Source: Rubrivivax sp.
GTDB lineage: Bacteria; Pseudomonadota; Gammaproteobacteria; Burkholderiales; Burkholderiaceae_C
DNA: 64,000 nucleotides
Assembly: GCA_019635285.1 (NCBI GenBank)
Contig: JAHBZS010000008.1
Span: 80,557 to 144,556 of the forward strand
Reading direction: 5' to 3'
Both the position numbers and the translations under genes were made by a program. Of this stretch, positions 42,162-53,568 are shown piece after piece. Under the pieces are notes generated by a model that was not told the origin of the DNA, made no database searches, and saw only the letters and a list, made by a program, of their open reading frames with translations. Position 1 is the first letter of the stretch. Every line of letters starts with the position of its first letter.

Positions 42162-42556
42162 GCGGCGGTGCGTTCTTCGACACCAGCGTCCCGCTCTACC
42201 TGCTCTCGGCCGATCCTGCGCGCTGCACCCGGGCCGAGGCGCTTCTGGCCGAAGGCGGCACCCTCAGCGTACAGGTGCTGAATGAGTTCGCCGCCGTGGC
42301 CCGGCGAAAGCCCGCGCTGGCCTGGCCTGCCGTCGAGGACCTGCTGGCCGGCCTGAAGCAGATGTGCCATGTCGTGCCCCTGACGGCGTCGATGCATGAA
42401 CGCGCGATCGGCATCGCCAGCCGCTTCGGTCTGCATGTCTACGACTCGACCGTCATTGCCAGCGCGCTCGAAGCCGGTTGCACCACCCTGTACACGCAAG
42501 TCCTGCAGCACGGTCAAAGGCTGGACGGTCTGACCGTGCGTGACCCCTTCAGATAA
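42158..42556 (+). CDS. vapC: PIN-domain (VapC-like) toxin
   Basis: GTGA overlap with the antitoxin. [32 protein letters not shown]. Confidence 0.85.
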   Translation: MSGGAFFDTSVPLYLLSADPARCTRAEALLAEGGTLSVQVLNEFAAVARRKPALAWPAVEDLLAGLKQMCHVVPLTASMHERAIGIASRFGLHVYDSTVIASALEAGCTTLYTQVLQHGQRLDGLTVRDPFR

Positions 42557-42563
42557 GAGACCG

Positions 42564-44876
<2,313 letters not shown>

Positions 44877-44917
44877 GCGCGCGGAATCCGCACATTCGTT
44901 GAGGCAGCGCAAGGGGC

Positions 44918-44941
44918 GCGGCTGCGGCGCGCCGCAGCCGC
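44918..44941. terminator. Perfect 24-bp GC palindrome downstream of parC (no U-tract)
   Basis: GCGGCTGCGGCGCGCCGCAGCCGC. Confidence 0.35.
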
Positions 44942-44968
44942 AGGCCCGGCAAGCGACACACTAGGCCG

Positions 44969-45694
44969 ATGCCGAATCGTCTACCGTCTCCTGTGAGTAC
45001 CCCCACGCTGCCGGGGCTGGATACCCCGATCGACGACCCGTCGCGGCCGCGCGCCGCGGCGGAGCGCGCGCAGAGCTGGGGCGAGGAAGTCGCCAACAGC
45101 CTGAGCCACGGCATCGGCTGCCTGCTGGCCGTGGCCTCGCTGCCGATCCTGGTGCATTTCTCGGCGCAGCGCGGCGGCGCCGTCGGCGTGGTCGGTGCCA
45201 GCGTGTTCAGCGCCACGATGATCCTGTTGTACCTGGTGTCCACGCTGTACCACGCGCTGCCCGCCGGCTGCATCAAACGCTGGTTCAACCGGCTGGACCA
45301 TGCGGCGATCTACCTGTTCATCGCCGGCAGCTACATGCCCTATCTGCTGGGCGTGCTGCGCGGCCCCTGGGGCTGGACGCTGTTCTGCATCGTCTGGGGC
45401 ACGGCGGCCCTGGGTGCGCTGGCGAAACTCTTCGACCGGCCGCGCCGCCCGCTGTGGTCCACCGGGCTGTACCTGGCGCTCGGCTGGGTGGCGCTGCTCG
45501 CCGCGGTGCCGCTGTTCGAGCGGCTGCCCGCCGCCGAACTGGGCTGGCTGCTGGCCGGCGGACTGGCCTACAGCGCGGGCGCCGTGGTCTTCCACTTCGA
45601 TGGCCGGCTGCGCTACGGGCACTTCGTCTGGCACCTGTTCGTGCTGGCAGGCACCGGCTGCCATTTCGTCGCGGTGCTGCTGCAGGTGCTCTGA
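44969..45694 (+). CDS. Hemolysin III / PAQR-family membrane protein
   Basis: EEVANSLSHG, STLYH, RLDHAAIYLFIAGSY, HFVWHLFVLAG. The start could also be GTG 44993. Confidence 0.9.
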   Translation: MPNRLPSPVSTPTLPGLDTPIDDPSRPRAAAERAQSWGEEVANSLSHGIGCLLAVASLPILVHFSAQRGGAVGVVGASVFSATMILLYLVSTLYHALPAGCIKRWFNRLDHAAIYLFIAGSYMPYLLGVLRGPWGWTLFCIVWGTAALGALAKLFDRPRRPLWSTGLYLALGWVALLAAVPLFERLPAAELGWLLAGGLAYSAGAVVFHFDGRLRYGHFVWHLFVLAGTGCHFVAVLLQVL

Positions 45695-45710
45695 ACGCCC
45701 GGCCGCCCGA

Positions 45711-46694
45711 TCAGGCGGCCGGGCAGCGCTGGATCTCGATGGTCGAATGCACGATCTCCTCGTGCACCGACAGCCATTCGCGCACGCGGGCCGGCGTCAG
45801 CGCCGCGTCGTGGGTGACCAGGCTCAGCGCGCAGGAGTAGGTGGCCTTGCCCACGCGCCAGACATGCAGGTCGGCGATGGCGGTCTCGCTGTCGGCACCG
45901 CGCTCGGCGATGAGGTCGCGGATCTCCTCGACCACCGGATGGTCCATTTCCCGGTCCAGCAGCACCTTGGCGGTGTCGGCGAGCAGCCCCTTGGCCCACA
46001 GCGCCACCAGCACCGCGCCGGCGATGCCCATCAGCGGGTCGAGCCACGACCAGCCGAACCACCAGCCGCCGGCCAGCGCGACGATGGCCGCCACCGACGT
46101 CGCCGCGTCGGCGACGACGTGCAGATAGGCCGATTGCAGGTTCAGGTCCTGGCCGTGGGCATGGCCATGGCAATGGCCGGGACCGTGGTCGTGGCTGTGT
46201 CCATGGCCGTGATCGTGGCCGTGCCCGTGGGAGGCATGCCGCGCGCCCCCCAGGATCCAGGCCGACACCAGGTTCACGCCCAGGCCCAGGCCAGCGACCA
46301 GCAGGGCCTGCGGGTAGTGGATGGTCTCGGGCCGGAACAGCCGCTCGAGCGAGCCGTAGAGCATCAGCGCCACCACCATCAGCAGGAACACGGCGCTGGC
46401 AAAGCCGCCCAGCACCTCGATCTTCCAGGTGCCGAAGGCGAAGCGCGGGTCGCGGGCCAGCCGGCGCGCCGCCGCGTAGGCGAAGGCGCTGAGCCCGATG
46501 GCCACCGCATGGCTGCTCATGTGCAGGCCGTCGGCCAGCAGTGCCATGGAGTTGGTGAGCCATCCGGCGGCGACCTCGACGACCATCATCGTGGCCGTGA
46601 TCCACATCACCAGGCGCGTGCCGCGTTCGCCGGCGGTGTTGCCGGTGTCGAAGACATGCTCGTGGCGCCATGCGCCCAGATCCTGGGTGTGCAT
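45711..46694 (-). CDS. dmeF: CDF-family Co(II)/Ni(II) efflux transporter
   Basis: HEHVF, SMALLADGLHMSSH, His-rich loop, NLQSAYLHVVADA, DLHVWRVG. ATG at 46694. Confidence 0.85.
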   Translation of the reverse strand: MHTQDLGAWRHEHVFDTGNTAGERGTRLVMWITATMMVVEVAAGWLTNSMALLADGLHMSSHAVAIGLSAFAYAAARRLARDPRFAFGTWKIEVLGGFASAVFLLMVVALMLYGSLERLFRPETIHYPQALLVAGLGLGVNLVSAWILGGARHASHGHGHDHGHGHSHDHGPGHCHGHAHGQDLNLQSAYLHVVADAATSVAAIVALAGGWWFGWSWLDPLMGIAGAVLVALWAKGLLADTAKVLLDREMDHPVVEEIRDLIAERGADSETAIADLHVWRVGKATYSCALSLVTHDAALTPARVREWLSVHEEIVHSTIEIQRCPAA

Positions 46695-46779
46695 CAGGCA
46701 TTGTGAGCCCGTCGCGCGCGCGCCCTGACGGATGCGCAGGAATCCCGGGAACGCGGGGGTGTCAAGGCCGGTTGCGGGT

Positions 46780-46807
46780 TTGTACGGGTCCGGTGCAGGC
46801 GTAGACT
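46780..46807 (+). promoter_or_regulatory. Sigma70-like promoter for the oxidoreductase operon
   Basis: TTGTAC-N16-TAGACT. SD GGAGA lies 6 nt before TTG 46884. Confidence 0.5.
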
Positions 46808-46883
46808 TTGTGGCCACAGCAAGCCAACGAGCAGGGGCCGCAGCGGTGCGAAGGGTGCGCCGGGCTCCGCCAGGAGACATGAA

Positions 46884-48713
46884 TTGCGCCCCACCGACGT
46901 GAGCGATCCGGCCTACTTCCACAAGGTCGTCGATTGCCAATGGGCCTGTCCCGCCCATACGCCCGTCCCCGAATACATCCGCTTGATCTCGCAGGGCCGC
47001 TACGCCGACGCGTACATGGTCAACTGGGTGTCGAACGTCTTTCCGGGCATCCTCGGTCGCACCTGCGACCGGCCCTGCGAGCCCGCCTGCCGGCGCGGCC
47101 GCGTCGAGGAAGAGAACCTGGCCAAGCCCGAGCCGGTGGCCATCTGCCGCCTCAAGCGCGTGGCCGCCGACCACAAGGGCGACGTCAGCGCGCGCATGCC
47201 GAAATCGGCCGCGCGCAACGGCAAGCGCGTGGCCTGCGTCGGCGCCGGCCCGGCGTCGCTGACGGTGGCCCGCGACCTGGCGCCGCTGGGCTACCACGTG
47301 ACGGTGTTCGACGGCGAGGCCAAGGCCGGCGGCTTCATGTGGACGCAGATCCCGCGCTTTCGCCTGCCGGAGAGCGTGATCGACGAGGAGACCGGCTACA
47401 TCACCGGCATGCCGCACGTGCAGTTCGTGGCTGGCAAGCGCATCGAATCGCTGAAGGCGCTGCTTGCCGAGGACTTCGACGCGGTCTTCGTTGGCTGCGG
47501 TGCGCCGCGCGGGCGCGACCTGGACATCCCGGGCCGCCAGGAGGCGGCGGAGCACATCCACATCGGCATCGACTGGCTGGCCTCGGTGTCCTTCGGGCAC
47601 ATCAAGAGCGTCCAGCCGCGCGTCATCGTGCTGGGCGGCGGCAACACCGCGATGGACTGCTGCCGCTCGGCGCGGCGCCTGGGCTCCAGCGACGTCAAGG
47701 TGATCGTGCGCAGCGGCTTCGACGAGATGAAGGCGTCTCCGTGGGAAAAGGAGGACGCCATGCACGAGGGCATCCCGATCATCAACAACCACGTGCCCAA
47801 GGCCTTTTTGCACCGCGGCGGCAAGCTGGTGGGCATGAGCTTCGAGGTGGTCGAGGCGGTGTACGACGACACCGGGCGGCGCACCTTGAAGCCCACCGGC
47901 CAGCCCGACGTGGTGTTCGACTGCGACGAGGTGCTGGTGGCGGTGGGCCAGGAGAACGCCTTCCCATGGATCGAGCGCGATGCCGGCATCGACTTCGACA
48001 AGTGGGGCCTGCCGGTGCTGGACGGGAAGACGCTGCAGTCGACGCGCGCCGAGGTCTTCTTCGGCGGCGATGCGGCCTTCGGCCCGAAGAACATCATCAC
48101 CGCGGTGGCCCAGGGCCACGAGGCCGCGGTGTCGATCGACCGCTTCCTGCAAGGCGAGGACGTGGGCGAACGGCCGCCGCCGCAGACCACGCTGGTGTCG
48201 CAGAAGATGGGCATCCACGAGTGGAGCTACGACAACGCGGTGTCGGACGACGCGCGCTTCAAGGTGCCGTGGGCCAAGGCCGAAGCGGCGCTGGCCAGCA
48301 TCAAGGTCGAGGTCGAACTGGGCTTCGATGCGGCCACGGCCTTCAAGGAGACGCAGCGCTGCCTGAACTGCGACGTGCAGACCAACTTCACGCAGAAGCT
48401 GTGCATCGAATGCGACGCCTGCGTCGACATCTGCCCGACCGACTGCATCACCTTCACCGCCAACGGCGACGAGGCCGAGCTGCGCACGCGGCTGAAGGCG
48501 CCGTCGACCAACCCGGCCCAGGCGCTCTACGTGAGCAGCGAGCTGAAGACCGGGCGGGTGATGGTCAAGGACGAAGACGTCTGCCTGCACTGCGGCCTGT
48601 GCGCCGAGCGCTGTCCGACCGGGGCCTGGGACATGCAGAAGTTCTTGCTGCAGATGACATATGCGGGGCCGTCGTGCCGCGACGTCGAGCCGGCGGTGGA
48701 GGTGCTGGCATGA
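46884..48713 (+). CDS. GltD-like FAD/NAD(P) oxidoreductase with C-terminal 2x[4Fe-4S] domain (KorC-like)
   Basis: DCQWACP..TCDRPCEPAC, GAGPAS, GGGNTAMD, CIECDACVDIC, CLHCGLCAERCP. Confidence 0.88.
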   Translation: MRPTDVSDPAYFHKVVDCQWACPAHTPVPEYIRLISQGRYADAYMVNWVSNVFPGILGRTCDRPCEPACRRGRVEEENLAKPEPVAICRLKRVAADHKGDVSARMPKSAARNGKRVACVGAGPASLTVARDLAPLGYHVTVFDGEAKAGGFMWTQIPRFRLPESVIDEETGYITGMPHVQFVAGKRIESLKALLAEDFDAVFVGCGAPRGRDLDIPGRQEAAEHIHIGIDWLASVSFGHIKSVQPRVIVLGGGNTAMDCCRSARRLGSSDVKVIVRSGFDEMKASPWEKEDAMHEGIPIINNHVPKAFLHRGGKLVGMSFEVVEAVYDDTGRRTLKPTGQPDVVFDCDEVLVAVGQENAFPWIERDAGIDFDKWGLPVLDGKTLQSTRAEVFFGGDAAFGPKNIITAVAQGHEAAVSIDRFLQGEDVGERPPPQTTLVSQKMGIHEWSYDNAVSDDARFKVPWAKAEAALASIKVEVELGFDAATAFKETQRCLNCDVQTNFTQKLCIECDACVDICPTDCITFTANGDEAELRTRLKAPSTNPAQALYVSSELKTGRVMVKDEDVCLHCGLCAERCPTGAWDMQKFLLQMTYAGPSCRDVEPAVEVLA

Positions 48714-48775
48714 GCGCACCTAGTTGTTCACAAGCGCTCTTTGCGCAGCGCGCCGCGCGGAGGGTTGCCCCATGA
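48710..48775 (+). CDS. Possible 21-aa coupling mini-ORF (MSAPSCSQALFAQRAARRVAP)
   Basis: SD GGAGGT at 48698-48703. ATGA overlap with the upstream stop and ATGA overlap with the downstream start. Confidence 0.35.
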   Translation: MSAPSCSQALFAQRAARRVAP

Positions 48776-50622
48776 GCATGAAGCGCATCCAGGCGGTCAA
48801 CGACTTCGTCGTCAAGTTCGCCAACGTCAACGGCTCGGGCTCGGCCTCGGCCAACGAGCTGTTCGCCAAGTCGATCATCCGCATGGGCGTGCCGGTCAGC
48901 CCGCGCAACATCTTCCCCAGCAACATCCAGGGGCTGCCCACCTGGTACGAGGCGCGCATCAGCGAGGCCGGCTGGCTGGGCCGGCGCGGCGGCATCGACA
49001 TGATGGTGGCGATGAACCCGCAGACCTGGGCGCAGGACGTGCGCGAGGTGGAAAGCGGCGGCTACCTGTTCTACGACTCCACCCGGCCGCTGCCGCCCAG
49101 CGCCTTCCGCGACGACCTGGTGACCATCGGCATGCCGATCACCGAGATCTGCAACGCCACCTATGCCGACCCGCGGCAGCGCCAGCTGTTCAAGAACATC
49201 CTGTACGTGGGCGCGCTGGCGCAGCTGCTGGGCATCGACCTGGCGGTCATCGAGGCGCTGTTCGGCGAGCAGTTCCGCGGCAAGGAGAAGCTGCTGGCGT
49301 CGAACGTGCGCGCGCTGCACCTGGGGCGCGACTTCGCGGCCGAGCATCTGCGCGGCATCGAGATGGGCCTGCGCGTGGAGAAGCGCGACGGCGTCGGCGA
49401 GCGCATCCTCGTCGACGGCAATACCGCCGCCGCGCTGGGCTGTGTGTACGGCGGCGCGACGGTCTGCGCCTGGTATCCGATCACGCCGTCGTCGTCGGTG
49501 GCCGAGGCCTTCGAGAAGTACGCCTCCAAGCTGCGCACCGACCCGACCACCGGCGAGCGCAGCTACGCCATCGTGCAGGCCGAGGACGAGATCGCCTCCA
49601 TCGGCATGGTCACCGGCGCCGGCTGGAACGGGGCACGTGCCTTCACCGCCACCTCCGGCCCCGGCGTCAGCCTGATGACCGAATTCATCGGGCTGGCCTA
49701 CTTCGCCGAGATCCCGGTGACCATCATCGACGTGCAGCGCGGCGGGCCGTCCACCGGCATGCCCACGCGCACGCAGCAGGCCGACATCCTGAGCAGCGCC
49801 TATGCCTCGCACGGCGACACCAAGCACGTGCTGCTGTTTCCGCAGGACCCGCATGAATGTTTCGAGCATGCGGCCGCCGCGCTGGACCTGGCCGACCGGC
49901 TGCAGACGCCGGTGTTCGTCATGACCGACCTGGACATCGGCATGAACCAGCGCCTGAGCGAGCCCTTCGCCTGGGACGACCAGCGGCGCTACGACCGCGG
50001 CAAGATCATGACCGCCGAGATGCTGGAGGCCGGCCGCGACTTCGGCCGCTACAAGGACGTCGACGGCGACGGCATCCCGTGGCGCACCTTGCCCGGCACG
50101 CACCCCACCAAGGGCAGCTTCTTCACCCGCGGCACCACGCGCGACGAATACGCGCGCTATTCCGAGACCGGGCCGGACTACATGCGCAACGTGCAGCGCC
50201 TGGCCGCCAAGTTCCGCACCGCGGCCACCTTGGTGCCGCAGCCGGTGCCGCGTGCCGCGGCGCAGAAGACGCGCTACGGCGTCATCTACTTCGGCAGCAC
50301 CAGCCCGGCGATGGACGAGGCGCTGCACAGCCTGGCCGAGTCAGGCATCCACGTGGACGCGCTGCGGCTGCGCGCCTTCCCGTTCCCGGCCAGCGTGCTG
50401 GAGTTCATCGAGGCGCACGACGAGGTCTTCGTCGTCGAGCAGAACCGCGATGCGCAGATGCGCAGCCTGCTGATTAACGAGCTGGCGGTGGCGCCGGCCA
50501 AGCTCTTCGCCGTGCTGCACTACGACGGCACGCCGATCACCGCGCGCTTCATCGCGCAGGCCGTGCAGCGCCACATGGAGGCGCGCCAGAACGACATCGT
50601 CCGCCGCGCCCGAAGCACCTAG
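48772..50622 (+). CDS. korA: 2-oxoacid:acceptor oxidoreductase alpha subunit (gamma-alpha fusion)
   Basis: ANVNGSGS, WYPITPSS, QAEDEIAS, TATSGPG, QRGGPSTGMPT. Substrate specificity is not established. Confidence 0.88.
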   Translation: MSMKRIQAVNDFVVKFANVNGSGSASANELFAKSIIRMGVPVSPRNIFPSNIQGLPTWYEARISEAGWLGRRGGIDMMVAMNPQTWAQDVREVESGGYLFYDSTRPLPPSAFRDDLVTIGMPITEICNATYADPRQRQLFKNILYVGALAQLLGIDLAVIEALFGEQFRGKEKLLASNVRALHLGRDFAAEHLRGIEMGLRVEKRDGVGERILVDGNTAAALGCVYGGATVCAWYPITPSSSVAEAFEKYASKLRTDPTTGERSYAIVQAEDEIASIGMVTGAGWNGARAFTATSGPGVSLMTEFIGLAYFAEIPVTIIDVQRGGPSTGMPTRTQQADILSSAYASHGDTKHVLLFPQDPHECFEHAAAALDLADRLQTPVFVMTDLDIGMNQRLSEPFAWDDQRRYDRGKIMTAEMLEAGRDFGRYKDVDGDGIPWRTLPGTHPTKGSFFTRGTTRDEYARYSETGPDYMRNVQRLAAKFRTAATLVPQPVPRAAAQKTRYGVIYFGSTSPAMDEALHSLAESGIHVDALRLRAFPFPASVLEFIEAHDEVFVVEQNRDAQMRSLLINELAVAPAKLFAVLHYDGTPITARFIAQAVQRHMEARQNDIVRRARST

Positions 50623-50632
50623 AAGACCGCAC

Positions 50633-51688
50633 ATGACCTACATCGCCAAGCCCAAGCTGCACCACCCGACCCTGGCCGCCAACAAGGTCGGCTACACGCG
50701 GCGCGACTACGAAGGCAAGATCAGCACGCTGTGCGCCGGCTGCGGCCACGACAGCATCAGCGCCGCCATCATCCAGGCCTGCTGGGAGCTCGACATCGAG
50801 CCGCACCGCGTGGCCAAGCTGTCGGGCATCGGCTGCAGCAGCAAGACGCCGGACTACTTCCTGGGCGCGAGCCACGGTTTCAACACCGTGCACGGCCGCA
50901 TGCCCAGCGTGCTGACCGGCGCCAACCTGGCCAACCGCGAGCTGCTGTACCTGGGCGTGTCCGGCGACGGCGACAGCGCCAGCATCGGCCTGGGCCAGTT
51001 TGCCCATGCCATGCGGCGCGGCGTGCGCATGGTCTACATCGTCGAGAACAACGGCGTCTACGGCCTGACCAAGGGCCAGTTCAGCGCCACCGCCGACCGC
51101 GGCTCCAAGTCGAAGAAGGGCGTGCTCAACCCGGACTCGCCGGTGGACCTGGTGGGCATGGCGCTGCAGCTGGGCGCCAGCTACGTCGCGCGCGGCTTCA
51201 GCGGCGACAAGGGACAGCTGGTGCCGCTGATCCAGGGCGCCATCCGCCACGGCGGCGCGGCCTTCATCGACGTCATCAGCCCCTGCGTGGCCTTCAACAA
51301 CCACGACGGCAGCACGCGCAGCTACGACTACGTGCGCGAGCACAACGACGCGGTCAGCCGCATCGACTTCATCGACCTGGCCAAGGAAGTGACCGCCGAG
51401 CCGGCGCCGGGCGAGGTGATCACCTTGCCGCAGCCCGACGGCAGCGTGATGCGCCTGCGCAAGCTGCACGCCGGCTACGACCCGACCGACCGCGTCGCGG
51501 CCATGAACCAGGTGCAGGCGCTGCAGGCCAGCGGCGAGGTGGTCACCGGGCTGCTCTACGTGGACCCGGATGCCAGCGATCTGCATGCCGCGCTGCGCAC
51601 CAGCGCCACGCCGCTGAACAAGCTGGACGAAACCGCGCTGTGCCCCGGCACGGCGGCGCTGGCGAAGATCAACGCGTCGTTCCGCTAG
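50633..51688 (+). CDS. korB: 2-oxoacid:ferredoxin oxidoreductase beta subunit
   Basis: LCAGCGH, SGIGCSS, HGR, SGDGD..NNGVYGLTKGQ (TPP motif), SPC. Confidence 0.9.
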   Translation: MTYIAKPKLHHPTLAANKVGYTRRDYEGKISTLCAGCGHDSISAAIIQACWELDIEPHRVAKLSGIGCSSKTPDYFLGASHGFNTVHGRMPSVLTGANLANRELLYLGVSGDGDSASIGLGQFAHAMRRGVRMVYIVENNGVYGLTKGQFSATADRGSKSKKGVLNPDSPVDLVGMALQLGASYVARGFSGDKGQLVPLIQGAIRHGGAAFIDVISPCVAFNNHDGSTRSYDYVREHNDAVSRIDFIDLAKEVTAEPAPGEVITLPQPDGSVMRLRKLHAGYDPTDRVAAMNQVQALQASGEVVTGLLYVDPDASDLHAALRTSATPLNKLDETALCPGTAALAKINASFR

Positions 51689-51707
51689 CGGCGGCGTACG
51701 CCGCCGC
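51688..51707. terminator. Perfect 20-bp palindrome between convergent korB and dctM
   Basis: GCGGCGGCGTACGCCGCCGC; no U-tract. Confidence 0.35.
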
Positions 51708-51742
51708 GGGGCGCTCGCTGTGCCCGCGTGCCGGCGACCGGC

Positions 51743-53014
51743 TCAGGGGAACTGGCCGTTCACCAGGTACATCGCGATCCACGGTTGCCACACCACCAGC
51801 GCCAAGCAGCCGAGCATCAGCACGATGTAGGGCAGGGCGGAGCGCACCAGCAGCCCGAAAGGCTGCTTGAAGGCCGACATGGCGACGATCAGGTTCAGGC
51901 CGACCGGCGGCGTCAGGAAGCCGATCTCCAGGTTGAGGATCATGATGATCCCGAACACCACCTTGTTGTAGCCGTAGGCCTCGGCCACCGGCATCAGCAG
52001 CGGCGCCAGGATCAGGATCGCCTCGCCGGTGGTCATCAGGCAGCCGACGATGAGCAGCAGCACGTTGACCAGCAGCATGAACATCAGCGGGCTGCTGATG
52101 AAGCCCTGCATGAACTCCACCATCTGCCCGGGCACGCGGTGCTCGACGAGCACGATGTTCAGGCTCAGCGCCACCGCCAGCACCGGGAACAGCGAGCCGC
52201 CCAGCTTCGACTGGTCGAGCACGACCTGGTAGAAGTCGCGCAGCTTCATTTCCTTGTGCACCCAGATCTCGATGATCAGCGCATAGAGCAGGGCCACGGC
52301 GGCCGCTTCGGTGGCGGTGAAGTAGCCGCTGTAGATGCCGCCCAGCAGGATCACCGGCAGCATGGCGGCCCAGACGCCTTCGCGGCAGGCCACGCTGAAC
52401 TCTTCGACATCGAAGGGGCGCGACGGCATACGGCGGTTGAACCACAGGCCGTAGATCGAGAACACCACCAGCATCAGGATGCCCGGGCCGACGCCGGCGG
52501 TGAATAGGTCCACCACCGAGGCCTCGGTGACCAGCCCGTAGATGATCATCGGGATCGACGGCGGGATGACGATGCCCAGCGTGCCGCCGGACATGATGGT
52601 GCCTAGCGCGTACTTGTTGTCGTACTGGGCGGCGCGCATGGCCGGGTACATCACCGTACCGATGGCCAGCATGGTGACGATGCTGGAGCCCGAAATCGCT
52701 GCGAAGATGCCGCAGCTGAGCACCGCTGCGATGCCCAGCCCGCCTGGCAGCACCTGCGTCACCGAAGCCATGATGCGGATCAGCCGCTTCGCGGTGGACC
52801 CCATGGTCATGACGTTGCCGCAGAGGATGAACAGCGGGATCGACAGGATCAGCTCCTTGTCCAGCGCGACCCACATGTCCTCCAGGATGTAGTCCAGCTG
52901 GCCACGGCCCCAGGCCAGCTGCACGTAGGCGGCGACCGCCAGCAGGATGACGACCAGCGGCTGGCGCAGCAGCAGCATCGCCAGCACCAGCGCGACGAGC
53001 AGCGCCGCCGTCAT
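51743..53014 (-). CDS. dctM: TRAP transporter large permease
   Basis: SIPLFILCG, ISGSSIVT, GTLGIVIPPSIPMIIYG, LTPPVGLNL. ATGA overlap with dctQ. Confidence 0.9.
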   Translation of the reverse strand: MTAALLVALVLAMLLLRQPLVVILLAVAAYVQLAWGRGQLDYILEDMWVALDKELILSIPLFILCGNVMTMGSTAKRLIRIMASVTQVLPGGLGIAAVLSCGIFAAISGSSIVTMLAIGTVMYPAMRAAQYDNKYALGTIMSGGTLGIVIPPSIPMIIYGLVTEASVVDLFTAGVGPGILMLVVFSIYGLWFNRRMPSRPFDVEEFSVACREGVWAAMLPVILLGGIYSGYFTATEAAAVALLYALIIEIWVHKEMKLRDFYQVVLDQSKLGGSLFPVLAVALSLNIVLVEHRVPGQMVEFMQGFISSPLMFMLLVNVLLLIVGCLMTTGEAILILAPLLMPVAEAYGYNKVVFGIIMILNLEIGFLTPPVGLNLIVAMSAFKQPFGLLVRSALPYIVLMLGCLALVVWQPWIAMYLVNGQFP

Positions 53015-53568
53015 TCCTGGAACTCCGGCGGCAGCGGGCGCAGCGCCGGCCAGGCGGCAAAGAAGAAGTAGCGCAGCCCGGCGGACAGGAAGCCCACCGG
53101 AATGGCCAGCTGGATCGGCCAGATCGGCATGTCGAAGGCCTGCGCGCGCAGCCCCGCCTGCATCGACGACTGCACGTAGACCCAGCCGTACCAGGCCACG
53201 CCGCAGAAGAACAGGCCGGTGACGACGTCGGCGATGCGGTTCATCGTCGGGCCGAAGGCGGCCGGCACCCAGCCGAAGCCCAGCCGCGGCAGCAGGTGGC
53301 TGCCGGTGGCGGTGGCCACGCCGACGCCGCAGAAGCTGCCGATCACCAGCGCATAGACGCACATCTTCTGCGCCGCGAAGATGCCCGGCGAGCCTTTCAG
53401 GTCGAAAGCCTTGTAGATCGGGCCCAGCAGCTCACGACCGGCCACGTCGAGGATCAGCACGACGGCGATGAAGCCGAAGGCGGCGACCGCGATCAGGCAC
53501 TCGACGCGGTGCCAGCCGTCGACCAGGCGCCGCGCGCCGGCCGGGGCCGGCGCGGCCACCGAACTCAT
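53011..53568 (-). CDS. dctQ: TRAP transporter small permease
   Basis: Four TM helices, between dctP and dctM, with overlaps at both ends. Confidence 0.82.
   Translation of the reverse strand: MSSVAAPAPAGARRLVDGWHRVECLIAVAAFGFIAVVLILDVAGRELLGPIYKAFDLKGSPGIFAAQKMCVYALVIGSFCGVGVATATGSHLLPRLGFGWVPAAFGPTMNRIADVVTGLFFCGVAWYGWVYVQSSMQAGLRAQAFDMPIWPIQLAIPVGFLSAGLRYFFFAAWPALRPLPPEFQE

Noticed and set aside
41865-42563. vapBC as part of a prophage or genomic island
   Set aside because: No integrase, att repeats, tRNA or other cargo; only slightly lower GC.
44969-45694. Hemolysin III as a virulence factor
   Set aside because: PAQR/TrhA-family proteins are ubiquitous membrane-homeostasis proteins, so the name is not evidence of haemolysis.
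46879-46902. 7-aa ORF MNCAPPT overlapping the oxidoreductase start
   Set aside because: The ATG is only 1 nt from the SD, whereas TTG 46884 has 6-nt spacing and a family-typical N-terminus.
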